IMG/VR virus record: IMGVR_UViG_3300030372_003714
Location: 24,721-88,720 of that record
Strand: one strand, 5' to 3'
DNA length: 64,000 nt
From: a virus
Taxonomy: Duplodnaviria; Caudoviricetes
Made by a program: the position numbers and the translations under genes. The first letter of the stretch is position 1, and every line of letters starts with the position of its first letter. Below the pieces are notes generated by a model that was not told the DNA's origin, made no database searches, and saw only the letters and a program-made list of their open reading frames with translations. Shown one piece after another: positions 35,850 through 44,276 of the stretch.

Positions 35850-37706
35850 ATGATAAAGCTAATCTGCGCACATCAACAGATAGACCCTGTGTTTAAATGT
35901 GCTACAATGGATGAAGCTGTAAACTATCTTTCTCAACAAACTGTTCTTGGTGTCGATACTGAAACTGAAGGAAAGGATTTCACACGAAAGAGAGTCGTGA
36001 TGTTTCAGATCGGTACTAAAGACTTACAGTTTGTTATTGATACAAGATACACTGGTATCGAACCTCTTATTCCTATTCTGGAGAATCCTAATATTGTGAA
36101 GATATTTCATAATGTTAAATTTGATTATAAGTTTCTTAAACGTTGGTGGGGAGCTGACATAAAGAATGTATATGATACTATGTTAGCTGAGTGTGTAATA
36201 AACTGCGGAAGAAAAGCTGTAGGTTATTCACTTAACGCATTGACACAGAGATACTTAAGTAAAGAATTAAATAAGGATGTTCGAAACAAATTTGTTGGAC
36301 TAGATGGTAAACCATTTACTACTGAACAAATATTATATGGTGCTGAAGATGTTGAGCACTTAATTGATATTAGAGACCAACAATTAGTTAAAGTAGAGCA
36401 GTTTGGATTAGCTGAAGTATTAAAGTTAGAAAATAATGTATCTCTAGCTTTTGCTGATATAGAGTTTAATGGCTTACATTTTGATCAAGAAGCGTGGTTA
36501 GCAAATGCTAATGACACTGAAGGTGTAGTACATAAAATGGAGAATGATTTAGATGAATTGGTGAGAGCTTTAGAGCTTAATCGATTTATAAAGAAATCAT
36601 TTCAAACTGATATGTTTATACCTGCTGAAGAAATTCGTAAGATAGATATTAAATGGTCTAGTCCTACGCAAGTGCTGCGAGTATTTAGAGAATATGGTTT
36701 AGATATTGAAAAAGTAAATGCATTCGAACTATCAAAATATAAAGATAGAAAGTTTGTGGATCAATATTTAAAGTATAAAGAAAAGCAGAAAATAGTTTCA
36801 ACTTATGGTAAATCTTTCCTTAAATATGTAATGAAAGATGGTAAGGTACGAACTAGCTTCTGGCAAATATTAAATACTGGCCGTGTATCAAGTGGTAGTA
36901 AGGAAGATAGAAAACCTAATATGCAAAATATTCCTGCAGATAATAAATTCAGAAATTGTTTTAAAGCAAGACCTGGATATAGTTTAGTATCTGTGGATTA
37001 TTCTGGACAGGAATTAGGTATTATAGCTTCAGGGTCTAAAGATCCTGTTTGGATGAAAGCACGTGAAGAGGAGGCAGACCTCCATAGTATATGTGCTGAT
37101 ATGGTATTTCAAGAGAGATGGCGTGAAGCCGATGCTGATGAAAAGAAGAAACTTAGAACTATGATTAAGACTATTAACTTTGGTCTTGCTTATGGTATGA
37201 GTAAATTCAAATTATCAGATACTCTACAAATATCAGTTGATGATGCAGAAGCATTAATTAACAAATATTTTACTGTATTCCCTAAAATCGGTGGATTTCT
37301 AGAGAATTTAGGAAATTATGGTAAATATTATGGTAATATTAGAACGTTTAAGCCTTATAGGCGCATTAGATGGTTTGAAGAGTGGCACAAGGGGTTATCC
37401 CCTCGTAAAGACTTTAAGCTGTTAGGTGCTATTGAACGGGCTAGTAAAAATACTCCTATCCAGGGAACTGGTGCAGATATGATTAAGTTAGCTATGGTTA
37501 AAATAAGAGATTATATTAACGATAATGACTATCCTGCATATATGGTTACTCAGGTTCATGATGAAATTGGTGTTGAAGTAAAAGATGAGCATGCTGAAGA
37601 GTGGGCTCAAATTCAATCTCAATTAATGCGTGATGCTGGTGCTGAAATAATACCAGATTTCCCAATGGGTGTAGATCATACAATTAGTAAAAAATGGTGT
37701 AAATAA
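35850..37706 (+). CDS. polA: DNA polymerase family A (3'-5' exonuclease plus polymerase)
   Basis: GVDTET, HNVKFD, YGAED exonuclease motifs; VDYSGQE motif A, KTINFGLAYG motif B (Phe762 type), QVHDE motif C. Confidence 0.96.
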   Translation: MIKLICAHQQIDPVFKCATMDEAVNYLSQQTVLGVDTETEGKDFTRKRVVMFQIGTKDLQFVIDTRYTGIEPLIPILENPNIVKIFHNVKFDYKFLKRWWGADIKNVYDTMLAECVINCGRKAVGYSLNALTQRYLSKELNKDVRNKFVGLDGKPFTTEQILYGAEDVEHLIDIRDQQLVKVEQFGLAEVLKLENNVSLAFADIEFNGLHFDQEAWLANANDTEGVVHKMENDLDELVRALELNRFIKKSFQTDMFIPAEEIRKIDIKWSSPTQVLRVFREYGLDIEKVNAFELSKYKDRKFVDQYLKYKEKQKIVSTYGKSFLKYVMKDGKVRTSFWQILNTGRVSSGSKEDRKPNMQNIPADNKFRNCFKARPGYSLVSVDYSGQELGIIASGSKDPVWMKAREEEADLHSICADMVFQERWREADADEKKKLRTMIKTINFGLAYGMSKFKLSDTLQISVDDAEALINKYFTVFPKIGGFLENLGNYGKYYGNIRTFKPYRRIRWFEEWHKGLSPRKDFKLLGAIERASKNTPIQGTGADMIKLAMVKIRDYINDNDYPAYMVTQVHDEIGVEVKDEHAEEWAQIQSQLMRDAGAEIIPDFPMGVDHTISKKWCK

Positions 37707-37716
37707 AATTAAAAAA

Positions 37717-38931
37717 ATGGATGCGAATGAAACAAAAGACAAGATTCAACGTGATGGGTTGAACAAATGGTGGTCCTATCCAATAAATGGAAAAGGAACA
37801 TTACAATATGCTACAGGTGTCGGTAAGACAAGATGTGGTGTATTAGCAGCGGCCCTAATAGCGAAGAAGTCTGGTATGGATTGTAACATTTTAGTCCTAA
37901 CACCAACTGAAACTATTAGAGATCGTGCTTGGAAAGATGAATTTAAGAAATGGGGACATATGGATGTATTTAATTCATGTGTAGAATGTGTATGTATACA
38001 AACTGCATATAAATATTTCGGACAGCATTATGATTTAGTAATAGCTGATGAAGTACATAATTATATATCTCCTGAGTATTTTAACTTCTTTGCTAATAAC
38101 AGATATGACCGTGTGTTAGGTCTATCTGCATACATTGATTCAGTTAAATTACCTCTGCTTAATTCTGTGGCTCCTATCTGTGATAGAGTTAATACGAATG
38201 AAGCAAGGAAATTAGCATTAATCAGTGACTTTGTTATCTATAATGTACCGCTAAAACTTAGTGGTACAGAAAAGAGATCATATACTGGTGCAAATAACTC
38301 ATTTAACCAGTTGTTCCCTTTCTTTGATAGGGATCTTAAACTTATGTACTCTTGTATGAGACAACAAAACTATGAAACGTTTCTTCAACGTAAAGGTATG
38401 AACCTTGATGATGAAAATAAAACGTTTCCATACCGATGTAATGCGGCAATGCTTAAGAGAAAGAATTTAATTTATAATGCTAGCTCTAAAGTTGATGCTG
38501 TTAAACATCTATGTGAACTATATCCTGAGAGAAAAGCGATCATATTTTCTCAGACTATTGAATTTGCTGACAAAGTCACAGATGCATTAGGAGATAACTG
38601 TGTTAGTTTTCACAGTAAGATGGGTAAGAAAGCCAGAAAAGCTTCTCTTGACTCTCTTATTGATAATAGAACTAAAGTAACACGTATCTCTACTGCAAAG
38701 GCTTTGAACGAGGGCATGAATGTCCCGGATATTTCAATGGCTATTATAGCCAGTGGAACCAGTAAAGCTAAAGACTTAATCCAAAGGATTGGTCGTGTTG
38801 TTAGATGGGAAGAAGGTAAGCAGGCGCTTATTTTTCATCTATACATTGAAGATAGTCAAGAAGAGAAGTGGGTCCGCTCTTCTCAAGAGGGATATAGTGT
38901 TGAGATAATGAGACTAGAGCAGACGCATTGA
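37717..38931 (+). CDS. Superfamily 2 helicase (ResIII/DEAD-like)
   Basis: ATGVGKT, IADEVH, GLSA, LNEGMNVP, QRIGRVVR. Confidence 0.92.
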   Translation: MDANETKDKIQRDGLNKWWSYPINGKGTLQYATGVGKTRCGVLAAALIAKKSGMDCNILVLTPTETIRDRAWKDEFKKWGHMDVFNSCVECVCIQTAYKYFGQHYDLVIADEVHNYISPEYFNFFANNRYDRVLGLSAYIDSVKLPLLNSVAPICDRVNTNEARKLALISDFVIYNVPLKLSGTEKRSYTGANNSFNQLFPFFDRDLKLMYSCMRQQNYETFLQRKGMNLDDENKTFPYRCNAAMLKRKNLIYNASSKVDAVKHLCELYPERKAIIFSQTIEFADKVTDALGDNCVSFHSKMGKKARKASLDSLIDNRTKVTRISTAKALNEGMNVPDISMAIIASGTSKAKDLIQRIGRVVRWEEGKQALIFHLYIEDSQEEKWVRSSQEGYSVEIMRLEQTH

Positions 38932-39023
38932 TCGTCGCTGAAGCTATTAAAATTAGGATAACCTGGTCGGCGCCTAACTGCTCTAGTCTTCATTATAATG
39001 TTTAATTAATTAAATTCAATACT

Positions 39024-39257
39024 ATGAATATACCTGGTTATGATAACTGGAAATTAGCTTCCCCTCCTGAAGATAGTACAGTTAGCCCATGTTGTGGGTC
39101 AGAATATGAGGAAACAACGAGTGAAGCATTTTGTTGCTATAAATGTTATGCTTGTCAAGATGTATTTGATGAGCCTATAGAACAATATGAATATCATGAA
39201 CAGCAAAAAGAGTCCTGGGCAGACATGATGATGGACGAAGAGCGTTTAAATAAATGA
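39024..39257 (+). CDS. Small acidic Zn-finger protein
   Basis: SPCCG...CYACQD. Confidence 0.65.
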   Translation: MNIPGYDNWKLASPPEDSTVSPCCGSEYEETTSEAFCCYKCYACQDVFDEPIEQYEYHEQQKESWADMMMDEERLNK

Positions 39258-39709
39258 ACATATTTAAAACACTTGCTGAAGCGAAACAATACCTGCGTGA
39301 TAACTTTAAAACTGGAACAGAATGCCCCTGTTGCGGTAAATATGTGAAAGCATATAAAAGAAAGTTAAATGCTGGTATGGCTCGCGCACTTATTATTATA
39401 TATAAACTAACGAAGGATGGTAATTCTGTACATGTACAAAGTGAATTTACCAAATTAGGTCTACGTGCTACTACAATGGATTATGCTTATTTAGAGAAAT
39501 GGTCTCTTATAGAGCAATCTGGCTCTAATGGTTATTGGAAAATAACTCAACGAGGTAAAGAATTTGTTGAAGATGATATAGATCTACCTGAGTATGCATT
39601 AGTATATAATGGTAATGTTTATAAATGGGCAGATAATCTAGTTAATATAGAAACTGCTCTAACTGAAGAATTTGATTTAGATGAAATAATGAAAATTGTT
39701 GAATTATGA
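39254..39709 (+). CDS. Zn-ribbon plus winged-helix-like protein
   Basis: CPCCG; LEKWSLIE...GYWKITQRG wing pattern. Confidence 0.6.
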   Translation: MNIFKTLAEAKQYLRDNFKTGTECPCCGKYVKAYKRKLNAGMARALIIIYKLTKDGNSVHVQSEFTKLGLRATTMDYAYLEKWSLIEQSGSNGYWKITQRGKEFVEDDIDLPEYALVYNGNVYKWADNLVNIETALTEEFDLDEIMKIVEL

Positions 39710-39900
39710 AATGGAAAGAAGATTCTTATGAAAAAGCTTTGAGAATATACGGCTCACAAGCTGAAAAAGAAGTCATTGAAGACGTGTTTTTTGATGACGA
39801 TGGTTATGGTTATGTAACGACGCAAGTCATTGATAATCATAAGATTACAACGTATAAAAAACAGAAAAAAGATAAGAAAAAAGTAGTATATAAGCTATGA
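39706..39900 (+). CDS. Hypothetical protein
   Basis: ATGA-coupled 64-aa ORF. Confidence 0.55.
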   Translation: MKWKEDSYEKALRIYGSQAEKEVIEDVFFDDDGYGYVTTQVIDNHKITTYKKQKKDKKKVVYKL

Positions 39901-39906
39901 TTTTCT

Positions 39907-39914
39907 TATATTTG
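39907..39914 (+). promoter_or_regulatory. Bacteroidota -7 promoter (TATATTTG)
   Basis: TAnnTTTG upstream of the replication-initiator/DnaB genes. Confidence 0.55.
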
Positions 39915-39936
39915 TCAACCTTTAAAACGCCTGCCT

Positions 39937-40524
39937 ATGAACGTAGAAATCAATGTTGAAGGGCTCATTAAAAACAAATTAACCGCATCTCAATATGTAA
40001 TGTTGGTTATGTTATATGAGTCTAACACTGAGTTATTTGTAAATTATATAAACCTTTATGGCTTTGCTAAAAAGGAACTTCAAGGGTTAGTGGATCAGGG
40101 ATATATATTATCGTGTGATCCTAATAACCCTTTAACGTGTATAACCATAGCGAGGGACAAGGTTCGAAAACTCTTAGGAGTAGAAGAATCATATTTCACA
40201 GAATTGTTTAACACATATCCAATTAAAGTATCAAATGGATCGTCGTTAAGAATATTAAGACCTTCTAGTCTATCAGCTAAAGCTGCGAAAGTATGCAAAG
40301 AAAAGTATGATAGATTTATAAAAGGTAATGTTCTTAAGCATAAACATGTTATGGAATGTCTTAATAAAGAATTAGATATTCGAAGACGTGGTGGTAATCT
40401 ACAATTTATGCATGCCCTAGAAACTTATATTAATAAGAATGCCTGGGATCAGTATGAAGGATTACTAGTTGAAAATAATACGATACAATCAGCTGATACT
40501 AAATATGGAGAAGATTTAATTTAA
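39937..40524 (+). CDS. Putative replication initiator/helicase loader
   Basis: N-terminal wHTH-like LVDQGYI; FTELFNTYP motif; directly upstream of DnaB. Confidence 0.55.
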   Translation: MNVEINVEGLIKNKLTASQYVMLVMLYESNTELFVNYINLYGFAKKELQGLVDQGYILSCDPNNPLTCITIARDKVRKLLGVEESYFTELFNTYPIKVSNGSSLRILRPSSLSAKAAKVCKEKYDRFIKGNVLKHKHVMECLNKELDIRRRGGNLQFMHALETYINKNAWDQYEGLLVENNTIQSADTKYGEDLI

Positions 40525-40528
40525 TTAT

Positions 40529-41503
40529 ATGAATAAACCAAGTTTACATTATACTAGTATTAAGAAAGCAGCTTATGATGCTGTTCAGTATATCGATCAA
40601 CGTCGACAAGGGCTGATAAAATCATTAAGAACTCCGTGGTCTAAATATAACCATGTGAGTATGGACGGAATAGAGTGGAATACTATACATACTATAGCGG
40701 GTATGTCTGGTAGTGGTAAAACTGCTATTATCAACCAATTAGAAACAGAGTTATTTAAACTAAACCCTGATGAAAATTTCAGTGTTTTGTCTTTTAACTT
40801 TGAAATGTTAGCTAGACAGTTAGTTAGTAGAAAATTATCGAATGAATTAGATATGACTACTAGACAACTGCATAGTGGTATTGAAGGCTATAATTTATAT
40901 GATGCACAATTTTATAAAGTATTAGCAGCTCAGAAAGAATTTAATAAGCTTCCTATCTGGTATGTAGAAATGCCTGGTACTGTGGAGATGATTAAAAACA
41001 CTATTGAAAAATTCATAGTAGAAGATTTCAATAAGGATAAGGGTATTGTTGTTATGTTGGATCATACCATCTTAGTTCGCGGGAAACAAGGTGAGATGGA
41101 ACGACTAGTATTAGTTGAATTAATGATTATGGCTAATGCATTAAAAAAACAACATAAAATAGCATTTGTATTCTTATCGCAATTAAACCGTGAAATAGAA
41201 CAAGCAGAACGTGTTACAGAACCATCGCAGCAATTTCCTAAAAAGAAAGATCTGTTTGGTGGTGATTCTGTGTTTATGTTTTCGGATTTAGTTATGGTAT
41301 CTATGAATCCTGAGCAATTAGGAATGGAAACATATGGACCAAAATCTTGGCCTACTGGTGGAGCATTGTTCTGGCATTTTATTAAAGTCAGAGAAGGTCA
41401 GCCATGTATAGCTAAGATGAAAAATGAGTTAAAGTATAACCGTGTAATAGACTATGAAGTTACTAGTCCTAATTACCAATTAAAAATAGACGAAAATGAA
41501 TAA
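40529..41503 (+). CDS. dnaB: DnaB-like replicative helicase (ATPase domain only)
   Basis: AGMSGSGKT, FNFEM, MLDH, LSQLNREIE, DLFGGDSV...SDLV, IKVREG. Confidence 0.9.
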   Translation: MNKPSLHYTSIKKAAYDAVQYIDQRRQGLIKSLRTPWSKYNHVSMDGIEWNTIHTIAGMSGSGKTAIINQLETELFKLNPDENFSVLSFNFEMLARQLVSRKLSNELDMTTRQLHSGIEGYNLYDAQFYKVLAAQKEFNKLPIWYVEMPGTVEMIKNTIEKFIVEDFNKDKGIVVMLDHTILVRGKQGEMERLVLVELMIMANALKKQHKIAFVFLSQLNREIEQAERVTEPSQQFPKKKDLFGGDSVFMFSDLVMVSMNPEQLGMETYGPKSWPTGGALFWHFIKVREGQPCIAKMKNELKYNRVIDYEVTSPNYQLKIDENE

Positions 41504-41924
41504 TTATTTTACTAATGATTCATATAATGTACGTCCTACATATACAGAGAAAGGAATAAAGTTAGAAACAACTTTACCTCCCAAAACTGATTATGAGCGT
41601 CATGTTTATGAATTGTTAGATTTAGCTTATGAAATAGAAGAAGCTAAACGTCCTGGCTATACACAAGATAGCTCTGATGTATTAGCTAATTTTAAAAAAG
41701 CAGCTGAAATGACTGGAACTACTGACTTACAAGCTTGGTCTGTATATTTCTATAAACATGTAGCTGCTATTTTATCTTATGCTAAAGATCCTAATATTCC
41801 ACAAGCGGAGGATTTAGAAGGTCGATTTGCTGATGCAATAAACTATCTAAAATTAGGCTTTCATATGATAAAGCAAAAAGAAGAAGAAAACGAAGTTACT
41901 AACCAACAAAAATTACCTTTTTAA
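41496..41924 (+). CDS. All-alpha nucleotide-modification-associated/MazG-like protein
   Basis: GY...DVLANFK...KH...E.LEGRFADAINYL pattern. Confidence 0.6.
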   Translation: MNNYFTNDSYNVRPTYTEKGIKLETTLPPKTDYERHVYELLDLAYEIEEAKRPGYTQDSSDVLANFKKAAEMTGTTDLQAWSVYFYKHVAAILSYAKDPNIPQAEDLEGRFADAINYLKLGFHMIKQKEEENEVTNQQKLPF

Positions 41925-41925
41925 T

Positions 41926-42597
41926 ATGGCAAATTTAGTTATTATTTGTGGTAAGTCAGGCTCTGGCAAATCCACAAGCGGGAGAAATCTCGATCCAAAA
42001 ACAACGCTTTGGTTAAACTGTGATCAGAAAGCATTACCTATTAAAGGTTGGAAAAAGAATTATAGTAAAGAAAATAAAAACTATGCAACTGCTTCCAATC
42101 TTGTAGATATTGTGAATACGCTCAAAGTTATACCAGAAAAAGCAAAGCACATTAAAACTATTGTGATAGACACTATTAATAGAGTTATGACTGACAAAGT
42201 TATGGGTGAACGTCACATTAAAGGTTTTGAAAAGTGGGCTAGCTTATCAGGTGGTATTTATGATATATTCACTGTTATAAACCAAACTATACCTGATGAT
42301 GTTGATGTATTTGTATTAGCGCACTCTGATGAGGGCTATACTGATATGGGTGCTCAATATCGTAAAGTGATGACAGCTGGTAAACAGCTAGACAAGATTG
42401 TTTTAGAATCTATGTCGAGTGTAGTATTGTTTACACATATTGAATCAGATGGTAAAGGTAAGAATGAATATTTCTTCCAAACACAAACTGATGGAGTTTC
42501 AACTGCGAAGTCTCCTGCAGGTATGTTTGAAGAGTTCATGATACCAAACGATCTTGAAGATGTGAAAACTATAATGCATAAGTATTATAACGAGTAA
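41926..42597 (+). CDS. AAA_24/Sak4-like P-loop ATPase
   Basis: ICGKSGSGKST, IVIDT, VLAH, AKSPAGMF. Confidence 0.85.
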   Translation: MANLVIICGKSGSGKSTSGRNLDPKTTLWLNCDQKALPIKGWKKNYSKENKNYATASNLVDIVNTLKVIPEKAKHIKTIVIDTINRVMTDKVMGERHIKGFEKWASLSGGIYDIFTVINQTIPDDVDVFVLAHSDEGYTDMGAQYRKVMTAGKQLDKIVLESMSSVVLFTHIESDGKGKNEYFFQTQTDGVSTAKSPAGMFEEFMIPNDLEDVKTIMHKYYNE

Positions 42598-42626
42598 AAT
42601 ATTGTTTAATTAATTAATTATTTATT

Positions 42627-43208
42627 ATGTATCAAATTGATCAAAAAATTCAATCAGAAGGTACGTCAACCAAAGTATTTAAACTAGGAATTAGTGAAGG
42701 TGCTGAAATGACAAATGTAAGTGTAGAAACTGCTTCTAATGGAAATAGTTTTCTTAAATTCTCTTTTACTGATAGCGAAGGTGCTAATCTAAGTCACTTA
42801 GAATGGCCTATCGATACAGCTAATGAGGGATGGGAAAAGAAAATGACTTCTCAAATGAAGAGAGTTAAGCACATTATGACTAAGTTTTTATCTGAAGATA
42901 AAGTTACTATTAATGCTCAAGATTTTGATGGCTTTTGCAATCAAGTAATTGCGCTTCTTGGTAATTCTTATGTAGGTAAGAAGTTAAGAATAAAAACTGT
43001 TTATAGTTATAATAACTATGTATCTGTTCCTAAATATGTTCCATTTATGGAAGTAATGGATCAGATAGCTAGTGATAAGTCAAGGTTAAATATAACTAGC
43101 TTTGATAAAATGGAAAAAGATGAGGCTGATAATCCTGCATCTTTAACCTCAACTGCTCCATCTAATGGTGCAGCAACGGAGCCTGCAGAATCTGGTCTAC
43201 CATTTTAG
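42627..43208 (+). CDS. Putative ssDNA-binding protein
   Basis: Follows the Sak4-like ATPase; beta-rich body with flexible tail ending ESGLPF. Confidence 0.65.
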   Translation: MYQIDQKIQSEGTSTKVFKLGISEGAEMTNVSVETASNGNSFLKFSFTDSEGANLSHLEWPIDTANEGWEKKMTSQMKRVKHIMTKFLSEDKVTINAQDFDGFCNQVIALLGNSYVGKKLRIKTVYSYNNYVSVPKYVPFMEVMDQIASDKSRLNITSFDKMEKDEADNPASLTSTAPSNGAATEPAESGLPF

Positions 43209-43220
43209 GTAGATGATTCT

Positions 43221-43257
43221 AATAGATGAGGGGGTGTAAAAGCCCCCTCTATCTATT
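43221..43257 (+). terminator. GC-rich hairpin (terminator or processing site)
   Basis: GAGGGGG/CCCCCTC stem flanked by ATAGAT/ATCTAT, followed by TTT. Confidence 0.6.
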
Positions 43258-43262
43258 TACAA

Positions 43263-44276
43263 ATGGGACTCTATAAAATAACGCTTTCGCTAAATAAAGA
43301 TAACGTTCTAAATAAAATAAGTGAATATCAAATATTTAGTTATTATTTAGGATGTGATTTTAAGTCTGGCGCTGTAATGAGCAGTCCGCTCCGACAAGAT
43401 GATAAACCTAGTTTCTCTGTCTTTACAGATCGTAAAGGTGTTCTAAGATTTAAAGATTTTGGAACGGGAGATACTGGAGATGTCTTCAGTTTTGTTCAAC
43501 AGCTATTTAATATCGATTTCTATTCTTGTTTAATTAGAATATGTGAAGATTTTAAATTAGACTTAATGTATGATAAACGAGACGTTGTACATAAACCTTT
43601 TGATGGGTTTAAAACTGCAATTAAAGAATTAAAATTCGATGCAAAGAAAAGTATTAATGTAAAAACACAACCTTTAACTTTTACAGATAAACATTATTGG
43701 GGACAATATGGTATAACGGAAGAAATTCTTAAATATTATAATGTCTTTTCATGTAAATGTGTATTTGTAGGAGATAAAGTAGTAGGTTATTATAAACACA
43801 ATGATCCTATATATGGTTATTTGTTTTATAAAGATAATACTTATACTTGGAAAATTTACCGTCCATTATCCTTAAGTGGTCATAAATGGATGAGTAATAC
43901 TAATCGAACTATATTCCAAGGTTGGGACCAATTACCTGAAAGAGGTGAATTGATAATTATCACAAAATCACTAAAAGATGTAATGGTTCTTAGGAGCCTT
44001 GGATTTATTAGTGCTGCGTTGCAGAATGAAATTACTAGTATCAAAGATACTGTAGCCCGAGAGTTATATGAAAGATTTAATGTAGTTTATATATTAAATG
44101 ATTTTGATTTAACCGGTGTTAAAGGTGCTAACAATCTTAAAAAGAAATATGGGTTTAAACCTATATTCTTACAAGATTTTAAAACTAGAAGTAATGGCTA
44201 CAAAGATATTTCTGATTTTAGAAATGATCATACTGCTGAAGAAAGTAAAATTAAAATTAAAAATTTATTATTATGA
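43263..44276 (+). CDS. DNA primase (crAss-type DnaG with degenerate Zn-finger)
   Basis: SPLRQDDKPSF...FKDFG replaces CPFH; TOPRIM motifs TKSLKD and NDFD; KDISD. Confidence 0.88.
   Translation: MGLYKITLSLNKDNVLNKISEYQIFSYYLGCDFKSGAVMSSPLRQDDKPSFSVFTDRKGVLRFKDFGTGDTGDVFSFVQQLFNIDFYSCLIRICEDFKLDLMYDKRDVVHKPFDGFKTAIKELKFDAKKSINVKTQPLTFTDKHYWGQYGITEEILKYYNVFSCKCVFVGDKVVGYYKHNDPIYGYLFYKDNTYTWKIYRPLSLSGHKWMSNTNRTIFQGWDQLPERGELIIITKSLKDVMVLRSLGFISAALQNEITSIKDTVARELYERFNVVYILNDFDLTGVKGANNLKKKYGFKPIFLQDFKTRSNGYKDISDFRNDHTAEESKIKIKNLLL

Noticed and set aside
19407-37706. Introns or inteins in TerL, RNR or PolA
   Set aside because: All three are continuous, of normal length, and show no Cys/Ser...HN intein ends or homing-endonuclease motifs.
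38929-38961. TGA readthrough or selenocysteine at the helicase stop inside a stem-loop
   Set aside because: The frame closes about 10 codons later, and no Sec machinery or suppressor tRNA is present.
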